This document shows, piece after piece, positions 12,850-28,070 of a DNA stretch of 64,000 nucleotides. Position 1 is the first letter of the stretch; the number at the start of each line of letters is the position of its first letter. The stretch is from Octopus sinensis (Eukaryota), in contig NC_043018.1 in NCBI RefSeq assembly GCF_006345805.1, forward strand, positions 16,430,001 through 16,494,000, read 5' to 3'. The position numbers and the translations under genes are program-made. The notes under the pieces were generated by a model, which ran no database searches, had not been told where the DNA came from, and was given only the letters and a program-made list of their open reading frames with translations.

Positions 12850-13200
12850 TGTTGAAATGGAAAGATGAATTATTTGTTACGGATTATCAAAAGTTTAACC
12901 GATACCGGGTAGCAAAAAACAGCAGAAAAAACCACGGTTGGAGATATGACCATATGGTGTTGCAACCGTGCGTTGGCGGGATAATTGATGTTTATATAAT
13001 TAGTGAATGGAAGAAATGGAGTTGAACGAAGATGGTACAGAATTCCTTTATCACATTCTACACATGTTTCAAAGCCACAATTTCCAAATTTGATTAAATA
13101 AGGATACCATATGCAGCTTTCTCTTCAGGAAAAACCAGGAATTACGTTGTCAGAACAAAAACAAAACATAAGCGCAGCAAAGCAATTAGAACGAGGACGC
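12850..13200 (-). mobile_element. Penelope-like terminal repeat fragment
   Basis: Homologous to 29320-29625; the minus strand carries a CTGAAGA...GAAAC-ATGT-GTA hammerhead-like motif. Confidence 0.5.
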
Positions 13201-13388
13201 TCCTTAAGAGCCCATGGGTAAAATGTTTATCAATGTACGTTGAAATAGGGGGGTTGGTGGGGGCCGACAAAAAGGTCCGTGGAATAAATCAAGGTCAGGC
13301 CGCGGTTCAAATCTAAGTAGGTGAGGAATTAATGAGAACAAGGGGTGTGGAGATGTTCTGTGTGGCCAAAGCTAATGTTCTGAATATT

Positions 13389-13419
<31 letters not shown>

Positions 13420-13420
13420 T

Positions 13421-13464
<44 letters not shown>

Positions 13465-13578
13465 TGCATGTATGTATGTATGTATTCAAATATAATTAAG
13501 GATAAAATGTTTTTAGAAATGTTATCAGTGCCTCGCATATAGAAAATATACTATTAGGTACATTAATACATATATATA

Positions 13579-13609
<31 letters not shown>

Positions 13610-14162
13610 ATATATATATGTATATATATTATATATATATATTATATATAATATATATATAATATATATATATATATTTAATAGTATAAAATACAAAATA
13701 ATTTAACTGGACCAGAAATGAATCAATCCCAAAACCATCTGAATTTCTGTGTACCAGCTTCCTCGCTTTCAACGCATGTAAATTATAAAGAGATATTTTT
13801 TGAAGTGGTTAGACGGACTTAGCGTCTATTTCCAGCATACAGGAAAAGAAATCTCTGTAATTCTGAACTATTTTTCATTAGTTTTTTTCAAAAAATTCCC
13901 TAGGAAACATGGTTATAAGGCGTGCATACCGATGTAAATGCTTTTTTCAAACAATATTAATAGCGTTCAGCAAATCGCTATACATATCCATCATTTTCTC
14001 TTAAAATGTCTTATTGACGAGTTTCATTTTTTCACTTCCCTGAAGAGAAGATTAGGTTGTTTTATACCATTTATTATTTTGAATAATATCAGTGAAATCT
14101 TTGAAATATATGTCGAAAGTAAAAGCATTTGATTTATACCTGCGTTAAACTCAATTTATATA

Positions 14163-14243
<81 letters not shown>

Positions 14244-15614
14244 AATATAAATAAATAATAAAATATTAGGGAATAATCCAACTTACAGGGAAAAATCAGA
14301 TTTAGGATTAAATCCAGTCATATTAATAAAAATCTTTAAATATAAACCATCCGAGTTCAGCACCTTGGGCAAGTGTCCTCAACTATAGCCTCGGGCCGAC
14401 CAAAGCCTTGTGAGTGGATTTGGTAGACGAAAACTGGAAGAAGCCCGTCGTGTAGATATATATGTGTGTGTGTGGTTATGTTTTTGTGCCTGTGTTCGGT
14501 CCCGCTATCATCGCTTGACAACCGCTCTTGGTGTGCTTACGGCCCTGTAAGTTAGCGGTTTCGCAAAAGCAATCGATAGAATAAGTACTAGTCTTTTAAA
14601 AAAAGTCCTGGTGTCGATTTGCCTTACCCATATATATATATATCCATATATATATATACACATATAAATATATACATTTATATATATATATATGATATAT
14701 ATATTTTGGAATTCATTATATAGATATATATATAGATTTAGATTTATATATACATATATATATAAATACCTATATATACATACATATATAACATATATAT
14801 TATATATATATATATAATATATATATACAATATATACACACACACCACACACACACACACAACATATATATATATATATATATAAAATAATTCACCGCCT
14901 TATTTTCTCCATCCCTCCTTCTATCTCTCTCTCCCATTTCTCTCTCTCTCTCTTTTCTCTCTTTCTCTATCTCTCTCATTATTGATTAGGTCATTTTTTT
15001 CTCTTTCCCCCAAACATTTTTGTTTTTCATTCTTCTTATTCGTTATTTCTCGTTCTGTCTCCTTCGCTGCTATTTTTTTTTTCCATTTTAATTGTCCATT
15101 ATATATTTATCTGTCTTCTGTCATTATTCTTATTGTTTGGTTTTGTTTTGTTTTGAGGGGAGGGTTTTTTTTTGGGCCTTTTTGCTCCGTTTTTACCTTT
15201 TTTCTTTCTTGCTTTCTTTTTGTCTTCGTTTTTTCTTGAAAATGCTCTCCTGTGTGTTTTATGGCCAAGATATAGTGGGAATTAGAAGACGTGATAATAA
15301 ATGGATCTCACACCGAAATTAACTGCGAAAGAGAAAAAAATAGGGGGAAATTGAAGAGAAGATAAAAATGCGTGTGGATGGTGCAAGATTTGGGAAAAAA
15401 ATGAAGGTGAGAGGAGAGGACAAGAAGAAGGACATGTTAAAGTAAACAAGCCAATGAAAATTGAGCACGCACATATACACACATATACACACACATAAAA
15501 ACGCTCACATTCACACGCGTATATACACTAGACACGATCTAATGCACACCGACACACGTACATTCTTATACATAAGTACAGAAAAATAATCGTGTGTGCG
15601 TGTGTGTCTGATGA

Positions 15615-15775
15615 CATATGGCTCAGTGGTTAGAGTGTCTTGCTCAAAATCATGAGGTAGTGAGTTCAATTCTCGGACCGGGCTATGAGTTATGTTCTTG
15701 AGCAAGACACTTTATTTCACGTTGCTCAACTTCACTCAGCTGTAGAAATGAGCTGCGACGTCACCGTTGTCAAGC
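15615..15775 (+). mobile_element. SINE family B 5' part
   Basis: TGGCTCAGTGGTTAGAG...GAGTTCAATTC head plus GAGCAAGACACTTTATTTCACGTTGCTC. Confidence 0.7.
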
Positions 15776-15945
15776 TGCCTCGATTAAGTCTCAGGTCTGT
15801 TATTTTTGCATTTGATAGAAGCAATGCTCCGCCAAAATTCCAGGTACTGATATATGTATGTCTGCATGCGTGTATGTTTCGATGTATGTATGTATGTATC
15901 AGGTTATCCCATAAGTTCTGACCGAATTTTGAATAAAGAAAACAA

Positions 15946-16740
15946 GTGATTAGATGTTATATTTCATTGAAATTTAATCAATGTACTAAGCATTTAAAAT
16001 CTAATTTTATCAAATCTATTAGAACCATTATTAAAGTAAACTTTAAAAACTCTAGATATGCAAAACTGTTTAATAACAAAATGATCAGATTTGGATTTTC
16101 TGAATCTCCAAACCTATTAAGGATTACTTCCTCATTTAACAATAGAAAACTAAACCATTTCTACAATGAAATAATTCCTTCTGGTACACATACTAACCCC
16201 AATAATTCCAATAACTCCATTTCTAATATCGGTAACTATCAAAATTACTCAACCCTAATTAACCTTAATACATATTGACATAACAATAGACCTTCAAATA
16301 ATAGTCCTAATTGTAACTGTAGAAACCCAAACACCTGTGAGGTAAAAGATAACTGTAGAAGGGAAAATGAAGTATACCAAGCTACAATTGTAACCCATAA
16401 TCTCTCTAAGTCCCTTTACATTAGTTGTACAGAAAGCCCCTTTAAATTGCGATTAAATAACCATAAATCATCTTTTAACGACCCTAGAAAAGAAAATAGT
16501 ACCGACCTATCAAAAAAGGTTTGGCAACTGAAACGAGATAACATAGATTACAAATTTCTTGGAAGATTATCTCTTCAGTTCCTTCTTATAGGCTTAGCAA
16601 CAGAATATGTTTTTTTTATGCCTGGGATAATCCTATAATATTACGAAAATGAATAATTCTCCATTGAATTCGAGTGATGAAAGAATTTTTTCTTGTAAAC
16701 ATGTCAAAATTCCATTTTATTAACATTAAATAAGTTTTCT
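15946..16740 (+). mobile_element. Penelope-like retroelement 3' ORF remnant (GIY-YIG endonuclease region), decayed
   Basis: From about 16310: NCNCRNPNTCEVKDNCRRENEVYQATIVTHNLSKSLYISCTESPFKLRLNNHKSSFNDPRKENSTDLSKKVWQLKRDNIDYK, matching the CNC..C...C / VYQA / YIG.T...FK.R..NHKSSF pattern of PLE endonucleases. Confidence 0.8.
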
Positions 16741-17499
16741 CCACCCTCCGCTTTCTCATACTTGTCCTTATTCTAATTATTACCCCTCCTTAGTTCTTCG
16801 TATAATATCCCCCTTTACATATCTACTACCGTTATATATAATTTCTTACACTTACCATTTAATACACTTATACACCTATCTTACACTGTCTGGTTATTCG
16901 TAGGCTATTCCACCACCACCCTAGTATTATATTACACTTTCACACTTTTTCATTAATTATATAACTTACACCAGAAATTCTCTTTTCTTCCTCTTTTACT
17001 AAATACATATTTCAGCTAAATACATATTTCAGTTAAACACCATATTAAATATATACACACATATTTTTTCTAGTAGGTTATATGTTGCTTTCACAGTATG
17101 CTCTTAAACACACTTCTCTCACCTATTATTATCATTACTACTTGTTTATTTTCATAACAAATTTTTCCCGATCTATTTGATATTTTAATTTTTACTTTCT
17201 TCTATTCATATTCAAATTTATTCCTTAATATGTTTCGGTATAAATCATATCCCGTTTCTTCCCCTATTATTTATATAGCTACTTCTTTTTCTGTTGTGCC
17301 TAGGGAGACTTGCAAACCAAATCCAAAAATGAAATGTTTTTTCTTTTTTCATATAATATTCATGTTGTTATTATACATTTGTATATGCGTATACATATGT
17401 ACGTTTATGCCCACTTTTGAATATATGTAGGTGTATATGCATGAATGTGTGTGTATGTGTATACATGGGTGTATATGCATGTGTGCATATGCGTATGTG

Positions 17500-17570
<71 letters not shown>

Positions 17571-17571
17571 A

Positions 17572-17610
<39 letters not shown>

Positions 17611-18340
17611 ATGTATGTATGTATATGTATGTATATGTGTATGTGTGTATATACGTTTATATATAAATATGTATATGTATATAAGTGTGTGTATTTTTAC
17701 ACACATATATATTTGTGTATGAGTGTCTATATGTATGTTTGCATATATACCTGTATCTATTTGCGTATACGTATGTTTATATATTTATATGTGTATATAT
17801 TCATATGTGTGTGTGTACGTGTGCATATATGTATGTATACGTATATGTATATATGTGCGTATATCGATTTTTATACACACATATGTTTATGTACCTATGT
17901 GTGTATATGTATATGTTTTTTTCCGTATATACTTGCATCTGTTTTGTGTGTGTGTGTGTCGGTGTGTATATGTAGATTTGAGTGTATGCGTATGTCTTTT
18001 TGTCTGTGTATATGTATGTGTAGGTGTATACGTGTGTATTCCCCGTGAATAATTTTTTTCCTGAAATTACATTTAGCATAATCTTCCATCCACTATAACT
18101 CTCTGACCTATAAATAATGTTTTTTTAAATCCCTGCTATTACGAATTATTTATCAACAATTTTTTCTAACGGTAATATGTACTTTTCTTTATATATTCTC
18201 AATTCTTAATATTAACAAATATACCTTCTTTTTCTTACAAATAATATTATATTACCATAATGTCACTATAATACATACCTCAATTATTTTTCTTCCCCTT
18301 CGATTTTCTAGTAACTTATTTTAAATCATACCCATATATA

Positions 18341-18800
18341 GGCGCAGGAGTGGCTGTGTGGTAAGTAGCTTGCTAACCAACCACATGGTTCTGGGTTCAG
18401 TCCCACTGCGTGGCATCTTGGGCAAGTGTCCCGCTGCTATAGCCCCGGGCCGACCACTGCCTTGTGAGTGGATTTGGTAGACGGAAACTGAAAGAAGCCC
18501 GTCGTATATATGTATATCTATATATAATATATATATATATCTTATAATATATATATATATATATATATGTGTTCTGTGTGTGTACGTGTTTGTGTTCTGT
18601 GTTTGTCCCCCCAACATTGCTTGACAACCGATGCTGGTGTGTTTATGTCTCCGTAACTTAGCGTTTTGGCAAAAGAGACCCGATAAAAGAAGTACTGGGC
18701 TTACAAAGAAAAGTCCCGGGGTCGTTTGCTCGTCTAAAGGCGGTGCTCCAGCATGGCTACAGTCAAATGACTGGAAACAATTAAAAGTGTAAAGAGTAAA
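18341..18800 (+). mobile_element. SINE family A copy
   Basis: Full head, body and tail match to 3454-3885. Confidence 0.85.
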
Positions 18801-20210
18801 GAGTATAGCTAAACCCCTTATCCTAAACACTCTTCTTTCAGTAAACTATTTCTTTTTTAATTTTTCACCATTATTCATTTCACACCACCCATAATTGCCA
18901 ATATACACTGAAATTTAAATATAGCTATCGTATCCCACTAGACGCTTACTATTAATTTGTATTCAAATGTATATACGTATAAGTGTATACACTATTATGT
19001 GCGAGCGCGTGATTCAGGCGTGTTAGATGCGTGTGTGCAATTTTGTTATATATTTATTTGTCTCCGATCTTTCTTTCTAATATTTAAAAACTAGCATTAA
19101 AGACCCGTCGTTGGCAGGTCATAGGGCTAGTGCATATATATATATGTGTATATATCTTTGTACATATTACATGTACATCTCTATATATATACATCTACAC
19201 ATAAAATACAAAATACAAAGTTATATCTTGATATCGTTAGTGATAACAATACTCAAAATATATAACAGAATGGAATTGTTAGCCTATCTCTTGTAATTTC
19301 GATCAATTGCATCTTGTCCTCCCTCTTGTATAGAAGTGTGGCTACAATCCAGCCAACCTCTACTTCTGGTGGTGGTGGGGCATTTTAAATTTTTTTCCGG
19401 GACGTCCTACGTCCCAGATATAAAGGTAAAAATAAAGTATTTCCACTTTGCAAGTTCGAGTCGCGTACTCCCTTGCACGCTCCAGTGTCTCGAACCTTGC
19501 TTCTATTGTGGCAAATTTACCGCCTCTGATTAGATATCTTTCATAGTCGCACCAAGACACTTTTCGAAGGTGCTTTCCTCCATGTGTTCAAATCTTCTTT
19601 TTTCTCTACATTGTATACTTTATAGGCAATAGTCTTTTCTTTAATTAAATTTTTTATTATCCATCTGGACTATTCCATTTCTGCACGCTAAATTTATTTT
19701 TAATTTATTCCCATTCATGTGAAACCACTTATTCAAGTTCAAGTCATTGATGCAATTTTATACCGATTGCAATATTTACTTTTGTTATGTTACGATTATA
19801 TCATACATTAGTTTGATTTTAATTATTACTTGCTACATATAATTCAATTGTTATTATTATTTTATTGTTAAAGTGAAAATATCTGATGCAAAATAGAGAA
19901 ATGTTTTTGTTTCACTTTTAACACGTAATACTGAAATAGTGGAGAAGATATGATATTGCTATGGGCTCGCTCTAGGCATGAAACTACATGGACCCTAAGT
20001 AAGGCATGTGTAAAATTTGAATGAAATTGGTTGTGTAGTTCTCAAGTTTTAGGGAAACACACAGACAGACAGACACACATTCTAAGTTTTATATATATAA
20101 AGATATCCGTTGGCCAAAACAGTTCTAGTCCTTACACAGATAGACTCAACACTACATAAGCATATTACAATATCTTTTTTTCTCTTTCACAATATTTTAA
20201 TGAATATATT

Positions 20211-20282
<72 letters not shown>

Positions 20283-20291
20283 GAGTGTATG

Positions 20292-20364
<73 letters not shown>

Positions 20365-20833
20365 TATATATCTATATATGTATGTATGTATGTATTTATT
20401 TATCTTTCATTCATTTATTTATATATAATAAATAGCGATTTCTTTCGAATTCCTTCCCGCAATCATGCACCACTTTCCTCGTCGGTGAACACTCTAGAGC
20501 GAGGTTTAACCTTCTCTTTTCCAAGGCTTTTGACCTTCTCCGGTATATTCTTCATGCAGTCGTTATACCTTAATTGTGGTTTGTGCACTAGTCACCAATC
20601 GAACACTAAAATATTCGACCAATAATAATTAGAAGGTTGATTGTTTGGGCATTCGGCCAACGTGCCTGACGAGTCGCCTATAACAGTTAAGAGCATTATA
20701 GCCGCATTATATTGACTGAAACAAGTAACAGGTGAAAGATATATATGTAGAAACATACATACACATACATACATCTATACATACAGACATCCATTCATAC
20801 ATACAGACATCCATTCATATATACATACATACA

Positions 20834-21230
20834 GGCGCAGGAGTGGCTGTGTGGTAAGTAGATTGCTTACCAACCACATGGTTTTGGGTTCAGTCCCACT
20901 GCATGGCACCTTGGGCAAGTGTCTTCTACTATAGCCTCGGGCCGACCAAAGCCTTGTGAGTGGTTTTGGTAACTGAAAAGAAGCCCGTCGTATATATGTA
21001 TATGTATACATATGTGTGTGTCTGTGTTTGTCCCCCCCAACATCGCTTGACAACCGATGCTGGTGTGTTTACGTCCACGTACCTTAGTGGTTCGGCAAAA
21101 GAGACCGATAGAATAAGTGCTAGGCTTACAAAGAATGAGTCCTGGGGGTCGATTTCCTCGACTAAAGGCGGTGCTCCAGTCAAATGACCGCAGTCAAATG
21201 ACTGAAACAAGTAAAAGAGTAAACAAGAGA
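20834..21230 (+). mobile_element. SINE family A copy
   Basis: Full match to the family. Confidence 0.85.
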
Positions 21231-21299
21231 GCAAGAGTATACATACATACATACATACATACATACATACACACACACATACATACATACATACATACA

Positions 21300-21331
<32 letters not shown>

Positions 21332-21929
21332 AACTTATCGCTCTATTAAGGTCCTGTCACAGTAGTCGACATGTCCCTTTAGACTTTGACCCTGTAGAGT
21401 AATATATTCGATCACGCACACAATCCTTTCGCTTGTTTTCAGAAAAATGCAGCGAAGTAATTTAACGCGTGTATAAACCTGACTCACATGCAAAATAGAT
21501 TCCGCTCGTTCCACACATCCAGCTTCCTTTATAGTGTCAATTCTTCGAAACGGTTTACTTTATAAATTTTCAAAAACTACATTTAAAGAACAAACCCATA
21601 ATGATGTGGATAATCTAGTGAAAATCTTATCATTAATAACCAATAACATGCATCTTTCAATCAATTCCAAACTGAATTGCTTTCTATTTCTATAAACTAC
21701 GCAGCGACTACGAATAACACGTTTCATTTTTGACTGAAAAGCAATCTCGGCTTAACTGATTTCTCTGAATACCCAAATAGAATTCATCTCTGAGCTTAAA
21801 TTCAAAATTCACACTGATGAAGTCAATTACACCGAAACGAATATATAATTGAAATATTATTGAATATAGGTATGTATAAATATATATGTGTGTGTGTGCT
21901 TTAATGCCTTTAATACGTTTAGTATTATA

Positions 21930-21970
<41 letters not shown>

Positions 21971-22662
21971 TATTGATATAAATATATATATGTATATATT
22001 ATATAAATATATATATATTGGATATATTATATAAATATATATACATACATACATACATACACACCACATTATTAATATATATATTATATATATATATATA
22101 TATAATATACAATTCCATAAATGAGGGCAAAGAAAAAAAAAAACTTCTAATGCCAAATATGCCGAAAAATTGGACAATACGCACGATACTCGAAAAAAGG
22201 CTGACAGAAATTTCTAAACACTTCCATTATTACCATATCGGACCGATTTCAGAGTTAGCTACTAAGAGCCCGCTATTCGTCAGTGATACACGTGGCAAAA
22301 GAAATAAATGAGATACTTACCCGCACCCATGGAAGAAGCAAATACTAAGTCATGGGCACAACTAAGTACCCCAAATACATCCAAAATAGAAATACTCCGC
22401 CATTCGAGGCACGTGCGATTTGAACTGAGGCTCTCACAGAGGAGTTAGTTAGTTCGGAAGTGAACGCTAAATTTATATCCAAATGTGTAGGATAAAATAC
22501 TTTTCGAAAAAAAAATATTTTCTCGAAAACATTTTATCAATGGCCAGCATATTAAAAAATACCTTTAACGGTTAAATTTATAAACAATTCATAAATTTAT
22601 AAACAATTCATTTATGAATTGTTTATATATATATTATATTTATTTATTTATTTATATATATA

Positions 22663-23030
22663 CAGGTGTTGGACAAAATAATGGAAACACCTAGCAGCAT
22701 AGCATCATAATTTTGGAATATCTATAAAACCGTCAAAAGCTTCTTTATTTTTATGTTTTTATTTATTCATTATTAGTGTTTCCTAATATGTTTGGCTTAA
22801 TTTGCTGTTTCTTTTCAGATATCATCAGAAAAAGGTAATTGAAATTCATTAAAATGACAGATCTATCGGACTTTCAAAGAGGTCAGATTGTTGCTGCTCG
22901 TATGGCAAGCGCCACCGTAACAAAAACAGCCGAAATGTTTGGTGTATCAAAAAGTGCTGTCTCGAAAGTAATGACAACCTTTGAGAAAGAGGGGAAAACC
23001 TCCTCGTCGAAACAAAACTCTTTATAACGT
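22663..23030 (+). mobile_element. Tc1-family transposon 5' fragment
   Basis: TA followed by CAGGTGTTGGACAAAATAATGGAAACACC (TIR-like); MTDLSDFQRGQIVAARMASATVTKTAEMFGVSKSAVSKVMTTFEKEGKTSS is a Tc1 HTH N-terminus; truncated. Confidence 0.8.
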
Positions 23031-23253
23031 TTAGAGGGAACGAGAAGTAATTCTTGTTGAGAATATTGGATCGCGAAGCACATCATATAACGCTATAAAT
23101 AACTGTGTGTAATTAACGGATTGAAAACCCCTTTGAGGTAGACATCGTTCGACTTTTTGTATATAAAAGGGATTCTTCAAACCCGATATAAACATGCTGT
23201 TATTTACACCTTCATATTATATATTATGTACCTCGAGAACCGATGTTCCTATT

Positions 23254-23293
<40 letters not shown>

Positions 23294-23899
23294 TGTGTGT
23301 GTGTTGGCAACGTAGTGTGGAGAAGCAGGCATGAACCCGAAACCACGCGGTTTCGGGTTCAGTCTTGCTGCATGGAAACTTGGATAAGTTTTTTCTACTA
23401 AATCTGCTGCGTAAATTTAGTGGATACAAATTATGTATATATATATAATAAGGCGGTGCTATAGCATGGCCGCAGTCAAATGACTGAAACAAGTAAAAGA
23501 ATAAAAGAATATATACATACACATTCACTCGCATAATTATTGACATCTCTTCTCAAAACGATTTTTATTGAATTTCTCGCAAAAATTAGATGTCTTAGCA
23601 AAACTGTAATGTCACAATGATGTTAACAACGAAAGCACGAATTTTGCCAACGGAGGTGATCTGGCGATGATAATCTCAGCCGATTAAATTTCCAAGCACA
23701 GTTCAACATCTTCTTCACTGACATAACAAATTCATTATATTTGGTTGCAATATTCATTATATTTGGTTGCAATATAAGAATACGTGTCGAATAATAGAGG
23801 TTACGTCACCCTGAGAAAGTTCTAAAATATAGAAAATTCTAGAACAACGTGTCATCATTTGCAAATTTTCTTTGCCACTTTCCTTTGGTCAACAAACTA

Positions 23900-24890
23900 T
23901 TCTATCTGCGGCGTCATGGTGAAGGTACAGGAGCACAGTTCTGAGTTAAAGAAGAAGTTTGCCTTTTCTCAGACTTGTGTAGAGGGTTATGAGACAATAA
24001 CTAAGAATTTTAATATGGCGAGATCAACTGTTCGCAACACAACCGTGAAACATCGAGATACCGGTGTGTTGGAGAACAAGAGTGAAAACAGTAGAAAGAA
24101 GTTCTTTTCAGAAGGAGATGGGATGATTTTAATTAAAAAGGTCAGCAATGATCCCGACATAACAACTTTGTCGATGATAGCCAATTTGACAGTTATCAGA
24201 ATTCGTGTTTCAATAGAAGTGACTTGAAGAAGTGCCGTCCATCCGAAACGCCATTGTTAAAGAAGAAGACTTATCTTAACTGCTCGTTTAATATTTGCTG
24301 TTTGCGAGAGACTTTCCATTGAAGCTTGAACGTTTTTGGCACTCTGTTCCGTGGTCTGGCGAGACGGAACTTGAGTTATTCGATTACAGCGATAGAATTA
24401 TCATTTGAAGACAAAAAAGGAGAAGCCTACAATCCGAAGAATACCATTCCTATCATCAAATATGACGGAAGCAGTATAATGCTGTGGAGCTGCTTTTCCG
24501 CTGAAGACACTGGAAAATTAATTCGAATTGAAGGGGCGATAAAAAAAAGGGAATTATCTCGATGTAGTCCTCAACGAAGCATACCTCATTTTTAATCTGA
24601 AATTGGTTGAAAGAAATCAAGGTAGATGTACTCTCATGGCCGGATCAAAGTCATGTCTTAAACCTGATAGAAAATTTGTGGTGAAATTTGAAGAAATGAG
24701 TGAAAGAAAGAAAGCCATCTAATTTGAAGCAAGTAGAATTATATGCAATTGAAGAATGGGTTAAAATTCCTTCTGATCGATTACCTGAAGCTAACACGAA
24801 ATTTACCTCGCAGACTAGAAGAAGTTATTAAGCATATAGGAGACACCATTGATTGTTAATCATCGAATGTTGTAGAGGTGTCAATAAGTT
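23900..24890 (+). mobile_element. Degenerate Tc1 transposase (pseudogene)
   Basis: GYETITKNFNMARSTVRN; [32 protein letters not shown] (cf. KHGGGSIMLWGCF); WPDQSHVLNLIENLW at about 24637 (cf. WPSQSPDLNPIENLW); frameshifts between blocks. Confidence 0.85.
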
Positions 24891-26348
24891 TTAACAATCC
24901 AATCATTTTGTTTTTCTGTTTTGCTCGTTAAAATAGATTAGTTTGGAAATTAAAATTTTGTGTCGTGCTCCATTTTGTATTCCTTACACAATTTTTGCCT
25001 ACATCGACAAAAACCTATTTATGTAGACATTAGTTTTCGCGAGAAATTCAATAAAAACTAAGTTTTGACAAGCAATGCCAATATTTGTGCGCATGATTGT
25101 TCATGTTTTTGTTTCTGTATATATATTATGTGTGTGTGAATGTGTGTGTGTGTATGGTGTGTGTGTGTGTGTGTGTGTATAATTATCTGATTAACACAGC
25201 ATTTGTTTGGATAAGTTACTATTAGTTTCATGCGCTGAAAGCACGCCAGCTCAAAGCAATCTTCAGCTATTTTGTACCAGGCCTTTAAAAACATAAGTAT
25301 TGGGGTAAATTAGTTCGACAAGAAAAAATTCTTTAAGGCGGTGCTCCAGCATGGGCGCAGTCTAATAAATGAAACAAATAAAAGAAAAGGTAAGAGATGG
25401 TCTTAATTTTCATTAATATTCTTCATTTGTTTTCCTCTGTCAAAATCCTGCAAAAAGTCGTCAAAATTAATGTCCCTGAATGCAGAAGTGATTTATCGGC
25501 CCTTCCAGGACGGAATGACAAAAGGCGTTAAGCAACGCACCTCTTCGCTATCGTTACTCTTATCGTTCTATCGCAGTTTTGTGTGAAATGAATAAGGAAT
25601 TACCTTTGGGACATCTTTGACCGAAAATTCATTATGGCTGTCATCGTAATCGATGTATTTTTGCAGGTTTACGTTGCATCCTTCAGTTTTACTATCGTTG
25701 CTACTGCTGCAGCTGCTGTTGTTGTTGTTGTTGCTGTTGTTAGCGATTGCGATGGGGGTTGTAGTAGTAGTGGTGGTAGTTGCGGCTGTGTTAGAGGTGT
25801 TCATTGTGTCAAAAGTATTGTTGATGATTTTGCCGAAGGTGATGGTGGTGACGAAGGCGATGGTGGCGATGGTGGTGCTGGTGGCGATGGTAATGGCGGT
25901 GGTCGCTGTGGCGGCGTCGATGGTGGCAGTAGTGGTGGTACTGCTGGTCGCATTGCTGGTGGTGGTGGTGGTAGTGGTGGTGGTGGTGGTGGTGGCGGCT
26001 GTGTTGCAGATGGTTGTCATGACGACGGTGATGATGTTGATGATGATATTCATATTTTCTTCGGTCATTTCTTTGCAGATGATCGGCCTTTGGACATTCG
26101 TTCGGATATGAAAAGGCAACGCCGATGTCAACAACACATGAACAAAAAATAATGAAAAAAATAACAAATTAAAGAAATAAAAAAAAACTTACGGAAATTG
26201 CCGAACATATAGATAAAAGCATCTGATTTCATTTTGACATCCTTTAGACCATTTCCGAAGGAACGCCTTTCATTGTCCTTATCATCAACACTCTTACTTT
26301 CAAATCCGAATTATGTTCCTCAAAAAGATAGTTACTTTCAAAGGTATA

Positions 26349-26680
26349 GGCGTAGGAGTGGTTGTGTGGTAAGTAGCTTGTTTACCAACCACATGTTTCC
26401 GGGTTCAGTCCCACGGCGTGGCACCTTGGGCAAGTGTCTGCTACTATAGCCTTGGGCCGACCAAAGCCTTGTGAGTGGATTTGGTAGACGGAAACTGAAA
26501 GAAGCCCATCGTATATACATGTATATATGTGTGTGTGTGTTTGTATGTCTGTGTTTGTCTCCCCAACATCGCTTGACAACCGATGCTGGTGTGTTTACGT
26601 CTCTGTAACTTAGCGATTCGGCAAAAGAGATCCCGATTGAATAAGTACTAGGGGTCGATTTGCTCGACTAGAGGCGGTGC
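26349..26680 (+). mobile_element. SINE family A copy
   Basis: Family head and body. Confidence 0.8.
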
Positions 26681-26911
26681 ATTTTTTTTATTAATAAATC
26701 GTTCGATTACATCATGAAAAGAGAATGTTTTCTTCACGTGATTAAAAATTTGGTTCGGAGAAAAAATACCACAAGACACTCCCATATTTATATGCATATG
26801 TATATGTTTATACTTGTACATATTTATGTAGGTGTGTGGATATGTTCCTATATGCTCACGTATATACGCATGTATTCCGATGTGGTATATACATGTCGTG
26901 CTGCGCTGGAC

Positions 26912-26990
<79 letters not shown>

Positions 26991-27011
26991 ATTATATATA
27001 TATATATATAG

Positions 27012-27042
<31 letters not shown>

Positions 27043-27719
27043 AATATGTATATATATATGCAATATATATATATTATATACACATACAGTGAGAGTGAGA
27101 GAGAGGTGCAAATATACATACATGGATGTACGAGTGTGAGTGTGTATGTATATGTGTGTGTGTGTGCCGTTGGATTTTTCTTTCAATTTTTTGCTGCGTA
27201 GATCCCCATTTAACTTTTTTATCATCATCATCATCATCATCATAGTACTGTAAATGTTAGTATTATTAGTTCTATTATTACTATTTGCTGTTTTCCGTTT
27301 TCTATACACAACTTACAAGGGTTATTTTTTAAAAATATATTTATCGTTCTGTCTTAAAAAGAATGATCTTTCATTAGAGTTAAAGATATTTTTCACGAGT
27401 TCGTATCTCCTTTTCATAAGAAATAAACAAGAAATAATAATAAAAGAAAGACTGTGACAATCAGATAGACATATCTGTCTATCTTTTCTCGTTTTAAATG
27501 AAGACGGATTTTTTTTTTGATTATTTTAAAAGCTTCGGAGAGTAAAATTAAATGAAACCTACAGGACCAAGATGCTAATATATAGATAAAATAATTGTGA
27601 CGTACATAGTTGCTATCTCTGTAAGTTAGTGTCTCGTAATTTTGTTACAAGCCCCACATTCCGTTGTTGTTGTTGTTGTTCTTGTTGTCGTTCAATACAT
27701 GTTGTCCCCGAACGATCAT

Positions 27720-28070
27720 AACCCCATTCATACCTATTTCTTTATTACCCACAAGGGGCTAAACACAGAGGGGACAAACAAGGACAGACATATGTATTAA
27801 GTCGATTACATCGAACCCAGTGCGTAACTGGTACTTAATTACCGACCCCGAAAGGATGACGGCAAAGTCGAACGCTCGGCCGGCGGAATTTGAACTCACA
27901 ACGTAACGGCAACGAAATACCTATTTCTTTATTACCCACAGGGGCTAAACACAGAGAGGACAAACAAGGACAGACATAGGTATTAAGTCGATTACATCGA
28001 ACCCAGTTCGTAACTGGTACTTAATTTAGGATGAAAGGCAAAGTCGACCTCGGCGGAATTTGAACTCACA
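27720..28070 (-). mobile_element. SINE family C, two tandem partial copies
   Basis: Minus strand GAGTTCAAATTCCGCCGAGGTCGACTTTGCCTTTCATCC...AAGTACCAGT; the family recurs at about 8640-8830, 33020-33150, 41565-41850 and 63000-63360. Confidence 0.7.

Noticed and set aside
19360-19560. Protein-like minus-strand ORF (YERYLIRGGKFATIEARFETLERAREY...)
   Set aside because: No recognisable family, no convincing splice sites and no ATG start; cannot be supported without a search
22314-22322. ATACTTACC resembling the U1 snRNA 5' end
   Set aside because: No U1 body or Sm site follows; at most a chance donor-like site on the minus strand
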